Position numbers and translations under genes: made by a program
The notes under the pieces: generated by a model
The model's input: only the letters and a program-made list of their open reading frames with translations
What the model was told of the DNA's origin: nothing
The model's database searches: none
Shown here: in pieces, positions 17,122 through 27,500 of the stretch
Numbering within the stretch: position 1 is the stretch's first letter
Layout: each line of letters opens with the position of its first letter
Assembly: GCA_040274725.1 (NCBI GenBank)
Contig: JBEMAQ010000012.1
Location: 18,655-82,654 of the forward strand
DNA length: 64,000 nt
Reading direction: 5' to 3'
Source of the DNA: Solibacillus sp.
Lineage (GTDB): Bacteria > Bacillota > Bacilli > Bacillales_A > Planococcaceae

Positions 17122-17835
17122 TTGGTGTGCGCTTTTGCTCCTGATTTTAATGTACATAAAAATGAATTTGACGGCATGGAGGCGCTTATTCGCTGGCCTG
17201 ACGCAGAGCAGGGCTTTATTGCGCCGGATCAGTTTATTCCGTTTGCGGAGGAGTACGGGCTCATTGCGAAAATTGATGAGTGGGTGCTACGGACGGCGAT
17301 GCAGCAAACAAAGCATTGGAACGAAAAGTATGGCCGCGCGCTAAAAATCGCGGTCAATATTTCACCGCAGCATTTAGCAGAGAAGTCGTTTATAAAGCGA
17401 CTAAAAAGTATCATCAAGGCCGTTGAATTCCCGCCGCACCTGCTTGAAATCGAAATTACCGAGTCGACCATGATGAATTTGAATAATGTACTATTAGAAA
17501 AGCTACAAGCTATTCGCACGATGGGTATATCTATTGCAATTGATGATTTTGGCACGGGCTTCTCGTGCCTGAGCTATTTGCGTACGCTGCCGATTACGAC
17601 ACTAAAAATCGACCGTTCCTTCACACGCCAGCTAAAAAATAATACCGGGCAAACAATGGTGACGTCGATTATTTCACTCGGTCACGCACTGAATCTAGAC
17701 CTTGTTGCAGAAGGCGTAGAACATTCCCATGAGCTAGACTTTTTGAAGAAGCAAGCATGCGAATCCATTCAAGGCTATTATTTCAGTAAGCCGTTACCGC
17801 GCGCCGTGTTTGAGGCACAGCTGCAAACAAAATAA
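17122..17835 (+). CDS. EAL-domain c-di-GMP phosphodiesterase, N-terminally truncated relative to the family
   Basis: EALIRW, AVNISP, EIEITES, DDFGTGFS, KIDRSF, VAEGVE and QGYYFSKP are all present. The segment before the usual YQP strand and any sensor or GGDEF domain are missing. An in-frame stop lies at 17098 and only a TTG start is available. Confidence 0.7.
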   Translation: MVCAFAPDFNVHKNEFDGMEALIRWPDAEQGFIAPDQFIPFAEEYGLIAKIDEWVLRTAMQQTKHWNEKYGRALKIAVNISPQHLAEKSFIKRLKSIIKAVEFPPHLLEIEITESTMMNLNNVLLEKLQAIRTMGISIAIDDFGTGFSCLSYLRTLPITTLKIDRSFTRQLKNNTGQTMVTSIISLGHALNLDLVAEGVEHSHELDFLKKQACESIQGYYFSKPLPRAVFEAQLQTK

Positions 17836-17914
17836 TAAAACCCTTCCCATTTGTATAAATTTTGATTATTCTTAGTTTATTCAATATGTATACAGATAGA
17901 GAGAAGGGTTAAAA

Positions 17915-18796
17915 TTGAAGAACTATAAGGGTGAAATATTAATGCTCATTACGGCTGTTATGTGGGGCAGTGGCTTTGTCGGCATGGCAATGGGCCTTGA
18001 GTATTTAACTGTATTTCAATTAATGGCGGGGCGCTTCATCCTTGCGACCGTATTATTATGCTTAGTATTTTATAAAAAGTTAAAGCTCATTACAAAAACG
18101 GTGCTTTGGAAAGGTGCGGTACTAGGGGCCATTTTATTTACCGCCTTCACCCTGCAAACGTGGGGGCTTGAATATACAACACCATCGAAAAATGCGTTTC
18201 TAACGGCAATTAACGTCATTATTGTACCGATTATTGCGTACCTCATTTATAAGCGGAAAATTGACCGCTTTGAATCACTTGCCGCGGTGCTAGCCGTTGT
18301 TGGGATTGGCTTTTTATCGCTGCAAGGCTCAATGACGATTAATATCGGGGATTTGCTGTCGATTATATGCGCGGTTGCTTTTGCATTTGATATTTTTTAT
18401 ACGAATGTATTTGTGAAAACAGAAGATGCGCTGGCACTGACGATTGTGCAGTTTGCGACCGCGGCACTGCTTGGTGTTATTTCCGTGGTCGTGCTTGGTG
18501 AGGTGCCGACACAAGTTGCACCAGAAGCCGTGTACATCCTATTGTATTTAGCTGTGTTCTGTACACTCATTGCCTATGCGTGTCAAAACGTCGGCATGCA
18601 ATATGCGAACCCGACGAAGTCTGCGATTATTTTATCGACAGAGGCACTATTTGGCACGATTTTCTCGGTTATTTTACTACATGAAATGTTAACAGGGCGT
18701 ATGATTTTCGGCTGTATTTTAATTTTTGTGGCGATTATTTTTGCCGAGGTCAAGCCGACGTTTCATAAAAGAACAGTTGAGCGGACAACTTTATAG
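17915..18796 (+). CDS. DMT-superfamily (EamA) transporter
   Basis: 293 aa, 10 TM, with two EamA-like halves. ATG 17942 is an alternative start. Confidence 0.8.
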   Translation: MKNYKGEILMLITAVMWGSGFVGMAMGLEYLTVFQLMAGRFILATVLLCLVFYKKLKLITKTVLWKGAVLGAILFTAFTLQTWGLEYTTPSKNAFLTAINVIIVPIIAYLIYKRKIDRFESLAAVLAVVGIGFLSLQGSMTINIGDLLSIICAVAFAFDIFYTNVFVKTEDALALTIVQFATAALLGVISVVVLGEVPTQVAPEAVYILLYLAVFCTLIAYACQNVGMQYANPTKSAIILSTEALFGTIFSVILLHEMLTGRMIFGCILIFVAIIFAEVKPTFHKRTVERTTL

Positions 18797-18804
18797 CAAG
18801 CGAG

Positions 18805-18838
18805 CAGATGAAGATTTTTCTTCATCTGTTTTGTTTTA
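18805..18838 (+). terminator. Rho-independent terminator
   Basis: cagatgaaga (18805-18814) pairs with tcttcatctg (18819-18828), followed by a T-run. Confidence 0.8.
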
Positions 18839-18893
18839 TATACCAGTAAATAGGGTAACTTAAAAGGAGGATTTTAACTAAGGGGGAGTACGT

Positions 18894-19628
18894 ATGCTAC
18901 ATTACAAACGCGCGGGACAAGGTAAGGTACTTGTATTAATTCATGGCTTTTTAGGAGGCATTCAAATTTTTGATAAAGTAATGGATTCGTTAGAGCAAAA
19001 CTTTGACGTCATTGCCATTGATTTGCCGGGGCACGGGGAAAGTCCAGTGGAGGCGGAGAGCTATTCCATGGTAGATTATGCAAATGCGGTCATTGAAGTG
19101 CTCCGACATGAGGATGTACACGAGGCGTATTGGCTCGGTCATTCAATGGGCGGTTATATTATGCTTGCGGCAATGGCTGGTGAGCTGTTTAATGTGAAGG
19201 CCGCGGTGCTTGCGTATTCCTCGGATTTACCGGATGATGCGGAGGCAATTACGAAGCGCAAAAAGCAGCAGCAGGAAATTCAGGAAACCGGTGCGGGGCC
19301 GTTTATTGATGGGATTATTCATAATTTTTTAGCACCGGATGCGGCGACCGAGAATATTTTATATGCGAAGGAAGTTGCAAATGAAGCTGAGGACGAGGGG
19401 TTAATCATGGCGCTTGAAGCCATGACGGTGCGCGATGATCAGCGCACATTTGTTGCACAGATGACCGTGCCGATGTTAGTTATTGAGGGCGAGCAGGATA
19501 AAGTGGTCAAGCCGATTATCACGGCGAATACTCGTGTACAAAAGGTGACGACAAATACAGGGCACCTCGGTATGCTAGAGGACCCGAATGCGTTTGTTAA
19601 AGCGGTCCTTGATTTTTTCGTGCATTAA
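18894..19628 (+). CDS. alpha/beta-fold hydrolase
   Basis: HGFLGG, nucleophile elbow GHSMGG, and a C-terminal TGHLGMLE. 244 aa. Confidence 0.8.
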   Translation: MLHYKRAGQGKVLVLIHGFLGGIQIFDKVMDSLEQNFDVIAIDLPGHGESPVEAESYSMVDYANAVIEVLRHEDVHEAYWLGHSMGGYIMLAAMAGELFNVKAAVLAYSSDLPDDAEAITKRKKQQQEIQETGAGPFIDGIIHNFLAPDAATENILYAKEVANEAEDEGLIMALEAMTVRDDQRTFVAQMTVPMLVIEGEQDKVVKPIITANTRVQKVTTNTGHLGMLEDPNAFVKAVLDFFVH

Positions 19629-19631
19629 GAC

Positions 19632-19668
19632 GAGCATACTATTTGCGAAAGCAAATAGTATGCTTTTT
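19632..19668 (+). terminator. Rho-independent terminator
   Basis: gagcatactatttgc-gaaa-gcaaatagtatgc, followed by T5. Confidence 0.85.
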
Positions 19669-19742
19669 CAATTTCGCGCATTGAAAATGAAACGAATTGC
19701 TAGTAATATCGTATATACTAGAAATAATGAGAGAGGGGATGT

Positions 19743-20654
19743 ATGTTTACGATGAAAAAATATGTGACAAGTATGGCGCTACTCGTACTACTCGCTGGCT
19801 GTAATGAGACGACGGAGCAACCGACACCGGTCGAACCGACTACGACAACGCCGGCACTAGCGCCGACATCACCAGTAAATCCAGCACCAACGACGACACC
19901 AGAAATAGAGGAGCCCGCTACTGCGGAGGAAAGTCCACTTGCGACGGATGAAAATTTAGATTTCGATGATGATGTCTCGCAGTTTGAGGGCTGGATTCGT
20001 CAAATGGCCACGTGGCAAAGTTATAAGGCTGTACTCGATAATTATGATAATTATTTTGATGATGACAACAATATCGACGGTGAATACCACGAGCAGACAG
20101 AATTTGTCACACAGCCATTTCAGTACTTTCAAAGCACACATAGTATAGGCTTTGCGAATAACCATGCAGAGCGCTATATTGCTGAAAATGCCGAAACGGG
20201 TGTGCTTGAAGGGGTGGAGCGTTATCAAATGGAGGAATGGCAAACAGTAGAGGACGTAGAGTATTATGCGATAAATATTGCGCCAGCACGTGCGGATATG
20301 CTGCAGGCAATGATTGATTTATCACAGGAGCGCCTGCTGTCTGAGGACGGGCAAACATTAACAGTAAATGTGCTGCCTGAAAAATCAAAAGAGGCGTTTA
20401 GTAGGCTGTCCATGGGTGTTCATTTTGCCGTATCGGAGGCAGAGTTAACGGACAGCATTAAGGAACAGCTTGCGATGGATGAGTCAGAAATAGACCGAGT
20501 TGCCGCGGTTATTTACGCTGATGGTCAGGCAATTACCGGCTATAGCATTGATATTTATGTAGGTAACGACGGCGAGCAAGACCATTATTCCTATGAAGAG
20601 CGCTTTAGCGACATCAACACGCTTAAAGATACGACATCACCGGAAGATTTATAA
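19743..20654 (+). CDS. lipoprotein with Pro/Thr-rich linker (hypothetical)
   Basis: Signal peptide plus lipobox MKKYVTSMALLVLLAGC, then PTPVEPTTTTPALAPTSPVNPAPTTTPE. The start is ATG 19743 or 19752. Confidence 0.7.
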   Translation: MFTMKKYVTSMALLVLLAGCNETTEQPTPVEPTTTTPALAPTSPVNPAPTTTPEIEEPATAEESPLATDENLDFDDDVSQFEGWIRQMATWQSYKAVLDNYDNYFDDDNNIDGEYHEQTEFVTQPFQYFQSTHSIGFANNHAERYIAENAETGVLEGVERYQMEEWQTVEDVEYYAINIAPARADMLQAMIDLSQERLLSEDGQTLTVNVLPEKSKEAFSRLSMGVHFAVSEAELTDSIKEQLAMDESEIDRVAAVIYADGQAITGYSIDIYVGNDGEQDHYSYEERFSDINTLKDTTSPEDL

Positions 20655-20659
20655 ACAGT

Positions 20660-20693
20660 AGCCTGCCAATTTGATTGGCGGGTCTTTTGTTTG
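20660..20693 (+). terminator. Rho-independent terminator
   Basis: cctgccaat pairs with attggcggg (one mismatch), followed by tcttttgttt. Confidence 0.65.
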
Positions 20694-20781
20694 AAAATTA
20701 AGAATTTTAATGTTGTAATGGTACAGAATAAGGTATGCTAAGGATAGCTATTATTTTATTTTCACAAAGGGGACGAAGGCG

Positions 20782-21564
20782 ATGAAGCGTTTTGAAGACA
20801 AGGTTGTACTTATTACAGGAGCAGGCTCTGGTTTAGGACAAGCGACGGCATTACAGCTTGCGGCAGAGGGTGCGCGGCTCGTGTTAGTTGATTTAAATCC
20901 GGCGGGCCTAGAGGAAACAAAGACAAAGGTGGAAGAAACCGCGCCAGGCATACAGACGCTACTTATTACAGCGAACGTTGCGAATGAAAAGGCCGTAGAA
21001 GGTTTTGTGAAGCAAACCGTCGAGACATTCGGCAAAATTGATGGTTTCTTTAATAATGCCGGTGTGGAAGGCAAGCAAAACTTAACGGAGGACTTCGGGG
21101 TGGAGGAATTCGAAAAGGTTGTATCGATTAATCTGAATGGTGTGTTTTACGGTATGAAATATGTGCTGAAGGTAATGCATGAGCAAGGCTACGGCTCGAT
21201 TGTGAATACGGCATCAGTAGGTGGGATTCGCGGCGTAGGTAATCAGTCTGGTTACTCAGCAAGTAAGCACGGCGTCGTTGGCTTAACGCGTAACTCAGCG
21301 GTGGAATACGGCCAGTTCGGTATTTCGGTGAAGGCGATTGCACCCGGCGCGATTATGACGCCAATGGTAGAAGGCTCACTGCGTCAAATGGGTGGTGATA
21401 ATTGGGAAGAGGTCGGTCGTGACTTTGTACAAGCTAATCCCATGAAGCGTTTCGGTAAACCAGAGGAAATCGGCTATTTAGTGGCGTTTTTATTATCAAC
21501 CCAGGCAGACTTTATTAATGGTGCGGTTATTCCGATTGATGGTGGGCAGTCGTATAAATATTAA
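20782..21564 (+). CDS. SDR-family oxidoreductase
   Basis: TGAGSGLG, NNAG, YSASKHG. 260 aa. Confidence 0.85.
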   Translation: MKRFEDKVVLITGAGSGLGQATALQLAAEGARLVLVDLNPAGLEETKTKVEETAPGIQTLLITANVANEKAVEGFVKQTVETFGKIDGFFNNAGVEGKQNLTEDFGVEEFEKVVSINLNGVFYGMKYVLKVMHEQGYGSIVNTASVGGIRGVGNQSGYSASKHGVVGLTRNSAVEYGQFGISVKAIAPGAIMTPMVEGSLRQMGGDNWEEVGRDFVQANPMKRFGKPEEIGYLVAFLLSTQADFINGAVIPIDGGQSYKY

Positions 21565-21720
21565 AGAAAGTGGTGCTAGCGACAAACTAGCACCATATGG
21601 ATACGCTACGCCTGACAAAGCAACTACAGGAACAATTCCGCATGTGACGATGAAGCTACTAGATAGTGCGCATCATGTGACCGAGCAGGAGATTACGTAT
21701 TTACAGCAAATGATGAAGTA

Positions 21721-21759
21721 AAAAGTAGGGTTATGCTTGTCGCATAGTCCTACTTTTTT
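21721..21759 (+). terminator. Rho-independent terminator ~155 nt after the SDR stop
   Basis: aaaagtagg (21721-21729) pairs with cctactttt (21749-21757), followed by a T-run. Confidence 0.7.
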
Positions 21760-21842
21760 CAACTAATACTGCGCCAAATGATAATCTATTTTTACTAATT
21801 TCTCAAAAAGGGTGTAGCTCAAATTGAATGGCACCCTCACGT

Positions 21843-22517
21843 TTATAACGAGACTTCCTGTTGCGCTGCAAATACCCAGCTTCTAATCTTTGGTTGAATA
21901 ACTGGGATAATGCTACCAAGAATTTTACCGAGGCCATACGCCGCGATAAATGTGCCAATACCAATCGAGCCAAATGAATGGATGAAAACTAAGCATGTAA
22001 TAAGGGAGACACCGACAACGGTCATATCACAAATAATCTTGGACTTACCAAACGGGATTTGCCATTTGGCTGCGACGACAGCTGTTAGCGTATCATACGG
22101 CATCATCGGAAATTTCACCGTCGCATATAGCATAATACCAAACGCCACAATAATCATACTTAACGCTAAATACAGGCTAATGAGCCAAATGGAGTTTGCT
22201 TCAGGAAGCACATGCATGAGCCAAAGGGTAATGTCGAGAAATAAGCCGAAAATAGAAACAATCGAAAGCTGGATGAAAAAATCTTTCCATAAAACTTTTT
22301 TCAATAGGATTGCCTGAATTGAAATGAAGAGAATGTTCGCAAAAACCGTCATTGTGCCGACCGTTAAGCCCGTAATTAATGAAAGTGCATAAGGAAATGC
22401 GGTCACAGGGGATACACCGATATTTGCGAGAATCGAAAAGCTAGCACCTAACGCAATAAAATATGTACCAATCATGTAAATGAAAAGCCTTTTTGATGTC
22501 GTGTTGAAATGATTCAC
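21843..22517 (-). CDS. YczE/YitT-like (DUF6198-type) membrane protein
   Basis: 224 aa, 6 TM. N-terminus RLFIYMIGTYFIALGASFSILANIGVSPVTAFPYAL is typical of this family as I remember it. Confidence 0.55.
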   Translation of the reverse strand: MNHFNTTSKRLFIYMIGTYFIALGASFSILANIGVSPVTAFPYALSLITGLTVGTMTVFANILFISIQAILLKKVLWKDFFIQLSIVSIFGLFLDITLWLMHVLPEANSIWLISLYLALSMIIVAFGIMLYATVKFPMMPYDTLTAVVAAKWQIPFGKSKIICDMTVVGVSLITCLVFIHSFGSIGIGTFIAAYGLGKILGSIIPVIQPKIRSWVFAAQQEVSL

Positions 22518-22748
22518 TGTAAATCTCCTTCTACAAAATGCGTTAATTTTGTCTTTTAATCTATTATATCGTTTAATTGTGGGAAGTGGGAATTAGAGGA
22601 GATGATAATTTGAATAGAAATTAGGTTTATTTTTGATTTTTCAAAAAAATGTTGTAATTTACTTCGGTATGGGAGAAAATTTCAATTAGTATAAAAATAT
22701 ACCAAAAGCTATAATTTTATGATTTCATACGTGGAGGGAGAAAAGAAC

Positions 22749-23588
22749 ATGATGCAAGCACAAGTAGCACTACATCCTGAACTCGAAACAATTCTTAATT
22801 TTGCACCAGCTTTAACGGAACTGGTTCATTCTGAAGTGACCGTTGTTATTTCAGATAAAGAACGAATCCTTTCACAAATTATTGCGAGTGATTTGAATTT
22901 TGGCGAGATCATTAACAAACCACTTCAGCCAAAAGATCCAATGGTGGAGGTTATTCGCTCAAAACGCTCACGTGTGATGACCGTGCCAAAGGAAATTTAC
23001 GGTGTCCCGTTTCGAGGCGCGATTTCGCCGCTTTTTTCAAAATCAGGGGAGTTATTAGGGACGCTTTCGATTAATACAACATTGAGTAATCAGCAAAATT
23101 TAATCGAAGTCGCGAATGTTCTTAGCTTATCGTCTGAAGAAATGCAAGCTTCCATTCAAGAAATCACGTATGCGGCCAGCGCACTTAATAACACGATGGG
23201 GCATTTAGCTACTTCACAGGCGGATATGTTCAAGCAAGTTGAAAGCTCCGCAAAAATGCTCGATATGATTAATACCGTCGCAAAAAATACGCGTATTTTA
23301 GGCTTTAATGCGGGGATTGAGGCGGCACGTTCAGGTGAGCATGCGCGCGGCTTTGCGGTTGTCGCAAAGGAAATTACAAAGCTAGCGGATTTAAGTGCAC
23401 AATCCGTCGAGGAGATTCGTCAGTTAATGCTGCAACTGAGGTCGCGCGTCGATGAGGTGAAGCAAATTGTCGATGAAACGTCAGGCATTTCACAGCAACA
23501 GTTTGAGTCCATTCACGAAATTTCAGAGGCGATGGAAAGCTTTACGGCGGTCGTAGGTGATATTGAAGGATTAGCGAAGAAAGTATAG
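22749..23588 (+). CDS. soluble methyl-accepting chemotaxis protein (YfmS-like architecture)
   Basis: ATG 22749 follows ggagggag plus 8 nt. MCP signalling hairpin ILGFNAGIEAARSGEHARGFAVVAKEI. No TM segments. The ~130-aa N-terminal sensor domain is unassigned. Confidence 0.75.
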   Translation: MMQAQVALHPELETILNFAPALTELVHSEVTVVISDKERILSQIIASDLNFGEIINKPLQPKDPMVEVIRSKRSRVMTVPKEIYGVPFRGAISPLFSKSGELLGTLSINTTLSNQQNLIEVANVLSLSSEEMQASIQEITYAASALNNTMGHLATSQADMFKQVESSAKMLDMINTVAKNTRILGFNAGIEAARSGEHARGFAVVAKEITKLADLSAQSVEEIRQLMLQLRSRVDEVKQIVDETSGISQQQFESIHEISEAMESFTAVVGDIEGLAKKV

Positions 23589-23594
23589 CCGTAT

Positions 23595-23630
23595 AAAGCC
23601 AGTCATTCACAAAACGAATGACTGGCTTTT
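23595..23630. terminator. bidirectional terminator
   Basis: aaagccagtcattc-acaaaac-gaatgactggcttt. Confidence 0.85.
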
Positions 23631-23635
23631 CCTCG

Positions 23636-24475
23636 TTAAACAGACAACAATGCCTGTTGCTCCTTAATATAGCGGCGTAGCATATAGCAGCACCAGCCCA
23701 TTTTTGGCTCTTCCTCAAGATTTGCTAGCATGCCGGTTAACAGGGCGATGCGCGGCTTCTCCGTCGCAAGTTCCTCTCGTACAATTTGTACGCTGTCCTT
23801 TGCAAGTGGCGATAAGTCTAATTGCGCAACCTGCACGAGCTCCTCGCAAATTTGCGCTTTTGTAAAGCTGTCGGTCTTCATCCCTGCATGGACCGGGTGT
23901 GTTAAATACGCCTTTGTCGTATACATCGCCAAAATCTCGGTCTTCTCCACTAAGCTCTCACTTAGCCTCTTTATATCCACTTGCTCATGCGGCATAAATA
24001 ACAGCATGGTATAAGATTTCATAAAGCTCTTCACCAGCATGATCAGCTCATAAATAATGGGCTCAATGCGTTCTCCGTATTCCGCAAGCAAAATTTGACC
24101 GAGTAATTCATCGGCAAGCTGCTCGTAATACATCATCTTACTTAAAATATCTTCCCCTGTTAGCGAGAAGTTTTCAAGCATTAAAATCCGCGCAAATTCC
24201 GCATACTCTGCCAAACTCGTAAATGTCGCCTCGAAATACACGGTTAGTTTTTCCTTCTTCGCCTCATTGACTAAATGGTCAATATTTGCCGTTATTAATT
24301 TCATAAAATAATCAATCATTTCTAAAATGAGGGCATCCTTTGACGGAAAAGATAAGTAAAATGCGCCTTTAGAAATACCGCTATATGCCGTAATTTGCTG
24401 GATAGTGGTCGTCTCAATGCCTTGTTTTGCAAATAATTCAATTGCCGCATCAATTATTTTTTGTTTTTTTGTCAT
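23636..24475 (-). CDS. TetR-family regulator with long C-terminal domain (YerO-like)
   Basis: N-terminal HTH IIDAAIELFAKQGIETTTIQQITAYSGISKGAFYLSFPSKD. 279 aa. Divergent from the RND pump gene. Confidence 0.85.
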   Translation of the reverse strand: MTKKQKIIDAAIELFAKQGIETTTIQQITAYSGISKGAFYLSFPSKDALILEMIDYFMKLITANIDHLVNEAKKEKLTVYFEATFTSLAEYAEFARILMLENFSLTGEDILSKMMYYEQLADELLGQILLAEYGERIEPIIYELIMLVKSFMKSYTMLLFMPHEQVDIKRLSESLVEKTEILAMYTTKAYLTHPVHAGMKTDSFTKAQICEELVQVAQLDLSPLAKDSVQIVREELATEKPRIALLTGMLANLEEEPKMGWCCYMLRRYIKEQQALLSV

Positions 24476-24493
24476 CGCGCTAAATCCCCTCGT

Positions 24494-24522
24494 TTGACTT
24501 TTGACTAATTAGTCAATATTGT
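24494..24522 (+). promoter_or_regulatory. pump promoter overlapped by a perfect 16-bp palindrome (candidate TetR operator)
   Basis: TTGACT (24494-24499), 17-nt spacer, TATTGT (24517-24522). The spacer contains TTGACTAATTAGTCAA (24501-24516). Confidence 0.55.
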
Positions 24523-24565
24523 AGAGTGATATACGAGTTACGTCAACAAAAAAGGGGTGGTATGT

Positions 24566-27500
24566 GTGAACGGCTTAGTTAATTTTGTACTAAAAAATAA
24601 ACTCGCGGTGTGGCTACTCACGATTATTATTACAGTATTCGGGATTTATTCCGGCACGCGGATGAAGATGGAGTCGATTCCGAACATTTCGATTCCGTAT
24701 TTAATTGTGATGGGGGTCTATCCGGGTGCGACGCCGGAGCGGGTAATGGACGAGCTATCCGTACCGCTTGAAAAGGCAGTGGAGGGGCTAGAGGACGTGA
24801 AGGCGGTATTTTCAACGTCATCTCCAAACGTCTCGCAATTGCAGGTTGAATATGAATACGGCGTCGATATGGACGAAAAAAAGCGTCAGCTACAATCGGC
24901 TATTGATAGCGTGACACTGCCTGATGAGGTAGCGGAGCCGTCTGTCATGGCGATTAGCCTCAATATGATGCCGGTCTTGGCATTGTCTGTTAGTAGCACG
25001 GAGGAGGATATTGTCGAGCTGACGTCAACGGTGGAGGACGTGCTCGTACCGAAAATTGAAAAGCTTGATGGTGTGTCCTCTGCGACCATTACCGGTCAGC
25101 ATATTGAACAGGTCACGTTCACATATGACGCGGAGAAAATGGAGCAGCTCGGGCTGACCGAGGAAGACGTGCAGCAAATGGTGGAGGCGAGTAATTTAGG
25201 CGTGTCACTCGGGCTTTATGATTTTGTTGTTGGCAAAGAGGCAGTCTCGATTGATGGTAAGCTCGGCTCGGTAGAAGAACTGCGCGAACTGCTCATTCCG
25301 GTCACACCAACCGCCGCGCAGCCATCCCCATTTGCGCGTCTTGGTGACATCGCACAAATTGAGGTGAAAGGTCTCGTACAGTCGGTATCTCGCACAAATG
25401 GTAAGGACGCGATTGCGATTCAAATTGTGAAGGGACAGCAGGCCAATACGGTAACGGTTGTTGATGCGGTGAAGGACTTAATTGCCGAGGAACAGCAAAT
25501 GAGTGGGCTAAACATTGACGTCACGCTTGACCAAGGGCAGCCGATTAAAGATTCTGTCTTCACGATGATGGAAAAGGCATTATTTGGTGGTTTGATTGCC
25601 ATCATTATTATTTTAATCTTCCTGCGTGATTTCAAATCAACCATTATTTCCGTCATTTCCATTCCAGTATCGATTTGTTTAGCGCTTATTTTACTCAACT
25701 GGCTCGACATTACACTCAACATTATGACAATCGGCGCGATGACCGTGGCGATTGGGCGCGTGATTGATGACTCGATTGTTGTTGTGGAAAATATTTATCG
25801 CCGGATTCATTTAAAAGACGAGAAGCTGGAGGGCCGCGCGCTTATTCGTGAGGCGACGATTGAAATGTTTAAGCCAATTCTGTCGTCTACACTCGTAACG
25901 GTTGCAGTATTTACACCACTTATATTTGTAGGTGGCATGGTTGGCGAATTATTTTTACCGTTCGCGCTGACAATGACATTCGCGCTCGGTGCGTCACTGC
26001 TTGTGGCGATTACGATTGTGCCAGCATTGTCGCATACATTATTTAAGAAAAAGCTCTACGGCGACAAACCAGAAAGTCAGCATCAGGGTGTAGGAAAGCT
26101 CGCTCAGTTCTACCGCAGCTTCCTCGAAAAATGCTTGAATCGCAAATGGATTACATCGCTCATTGCGATTGTACTACTAGCAGGCTCACTTGCACTGACA
26201 CCGCTCATTGGCTTCTCATTTTTAGGCTCGATGGAAGAGAAAACAATGTATTTAACGTATACACCTAAAACGGGTGAGCTGATGACGGATACCGAGAAAA
26301 ATATTGAAGCGGTGGAGAGCGAGATGCTTGCGCGTGGGGATATTGATATGGTCCAGGTGTCGATTAACGACCCTGACAATGTCGACCCATCTGCCATGAT
26401 GATGGGCGGACGCGCGAATGGGGCGCTGATGTATTTAATTTTTGACCCCGATATGGAGAACTTCCCAGAGGTGCGTGATGACATTACTGAATACATTACG
26501 ACACTTGACCAAACCGGTACATGGAAAACGCAGGAATTCTCCATGGGCATGGGTGGCAGTGATGTTAGCTACACGCTTTATAGTGAGGATTTAGATGATT
26601 TAGCAAGTGCAGCAAAGGACGTTGAGGCTGTACTCCAAACGATTCAAGGCTTAGAGGATGTCACGTCTGATTTTGAGGATGCGTATGTTGAGCATATTTT
26701 AGTCGTCGATCAGCAAAATGTCTTGCAGTACGGCTTAACGACGGCACAAATTTTAATGGCGCTCGCGGAAAGTCAGGCGAAGGAAGTATTAACGACGGTC
26801 CAGCATGACGGTGACGAGATTGAGGTCATTGTCGAGCGCGGGGTGAGAGCTACAATGACGTCAATTGATGATATTTTAGCGATTGAAATTGATACGGCAG
26901 TCGGCCCGATGGAAATTGGTGAGTTAGTTGAAGTAAAAAAAGGCACAACGCTCAATTCACTTGCCCGCTCAGAAGGCGAATATTATACGACAGTAAAAGG
27001 CAAGATTACCGAGCAGGATATTTCAAAAGTTACTGCTGCCGCAGATGAAAAAATGGCCGAGCTTGATTTACCAAAAGGTGTGACAACTGGCGTATCAGGT
27101 GTCGCAGCTGATATGGAGGAAACTTTTACTAAGCTCGGTGTCGCGATGATTGCGGCGATTGCGATTGTTTACTTTATTTTAGTTGTGACATTTGGTGAGG
27201 GTCTAGCACCGTTTGCGATTCTGTTCTCACTACCGTTTGCGGTTATTGGCGCGTGGGTCGGGTTATTTCTTACAAACCAAACGATTTCTGTTTCGGTGTT
27301 AATGGGCTTACTCATGCTTATTGGGATTGTCGTGACGAATGCTATTGTTCTCGTTGACCGTATTATTCAAATGGAGCATGCGGGACTGACGATGCGTGAG
27401 GCGATTTTAGAAGCTGGTGCAACAAGGCTACGCCCGATTTTAATGACGGCGATTGCGACAATGGGAGCAATGCTGCCAATGGCGTTCGGCGCAGGTGGTG

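Noticed and set aside
21518-21721. 67-aa ORF overlapping the end of the SDR gene and running to the terminator
   Set aside because: It starts inside the SDR coding region in another frame. Only a 23-codon tail (MKLLDSAHHVTEQEITYLQQMMK) lies outside, with no RBS. It is more likely a 3-prime UTR.
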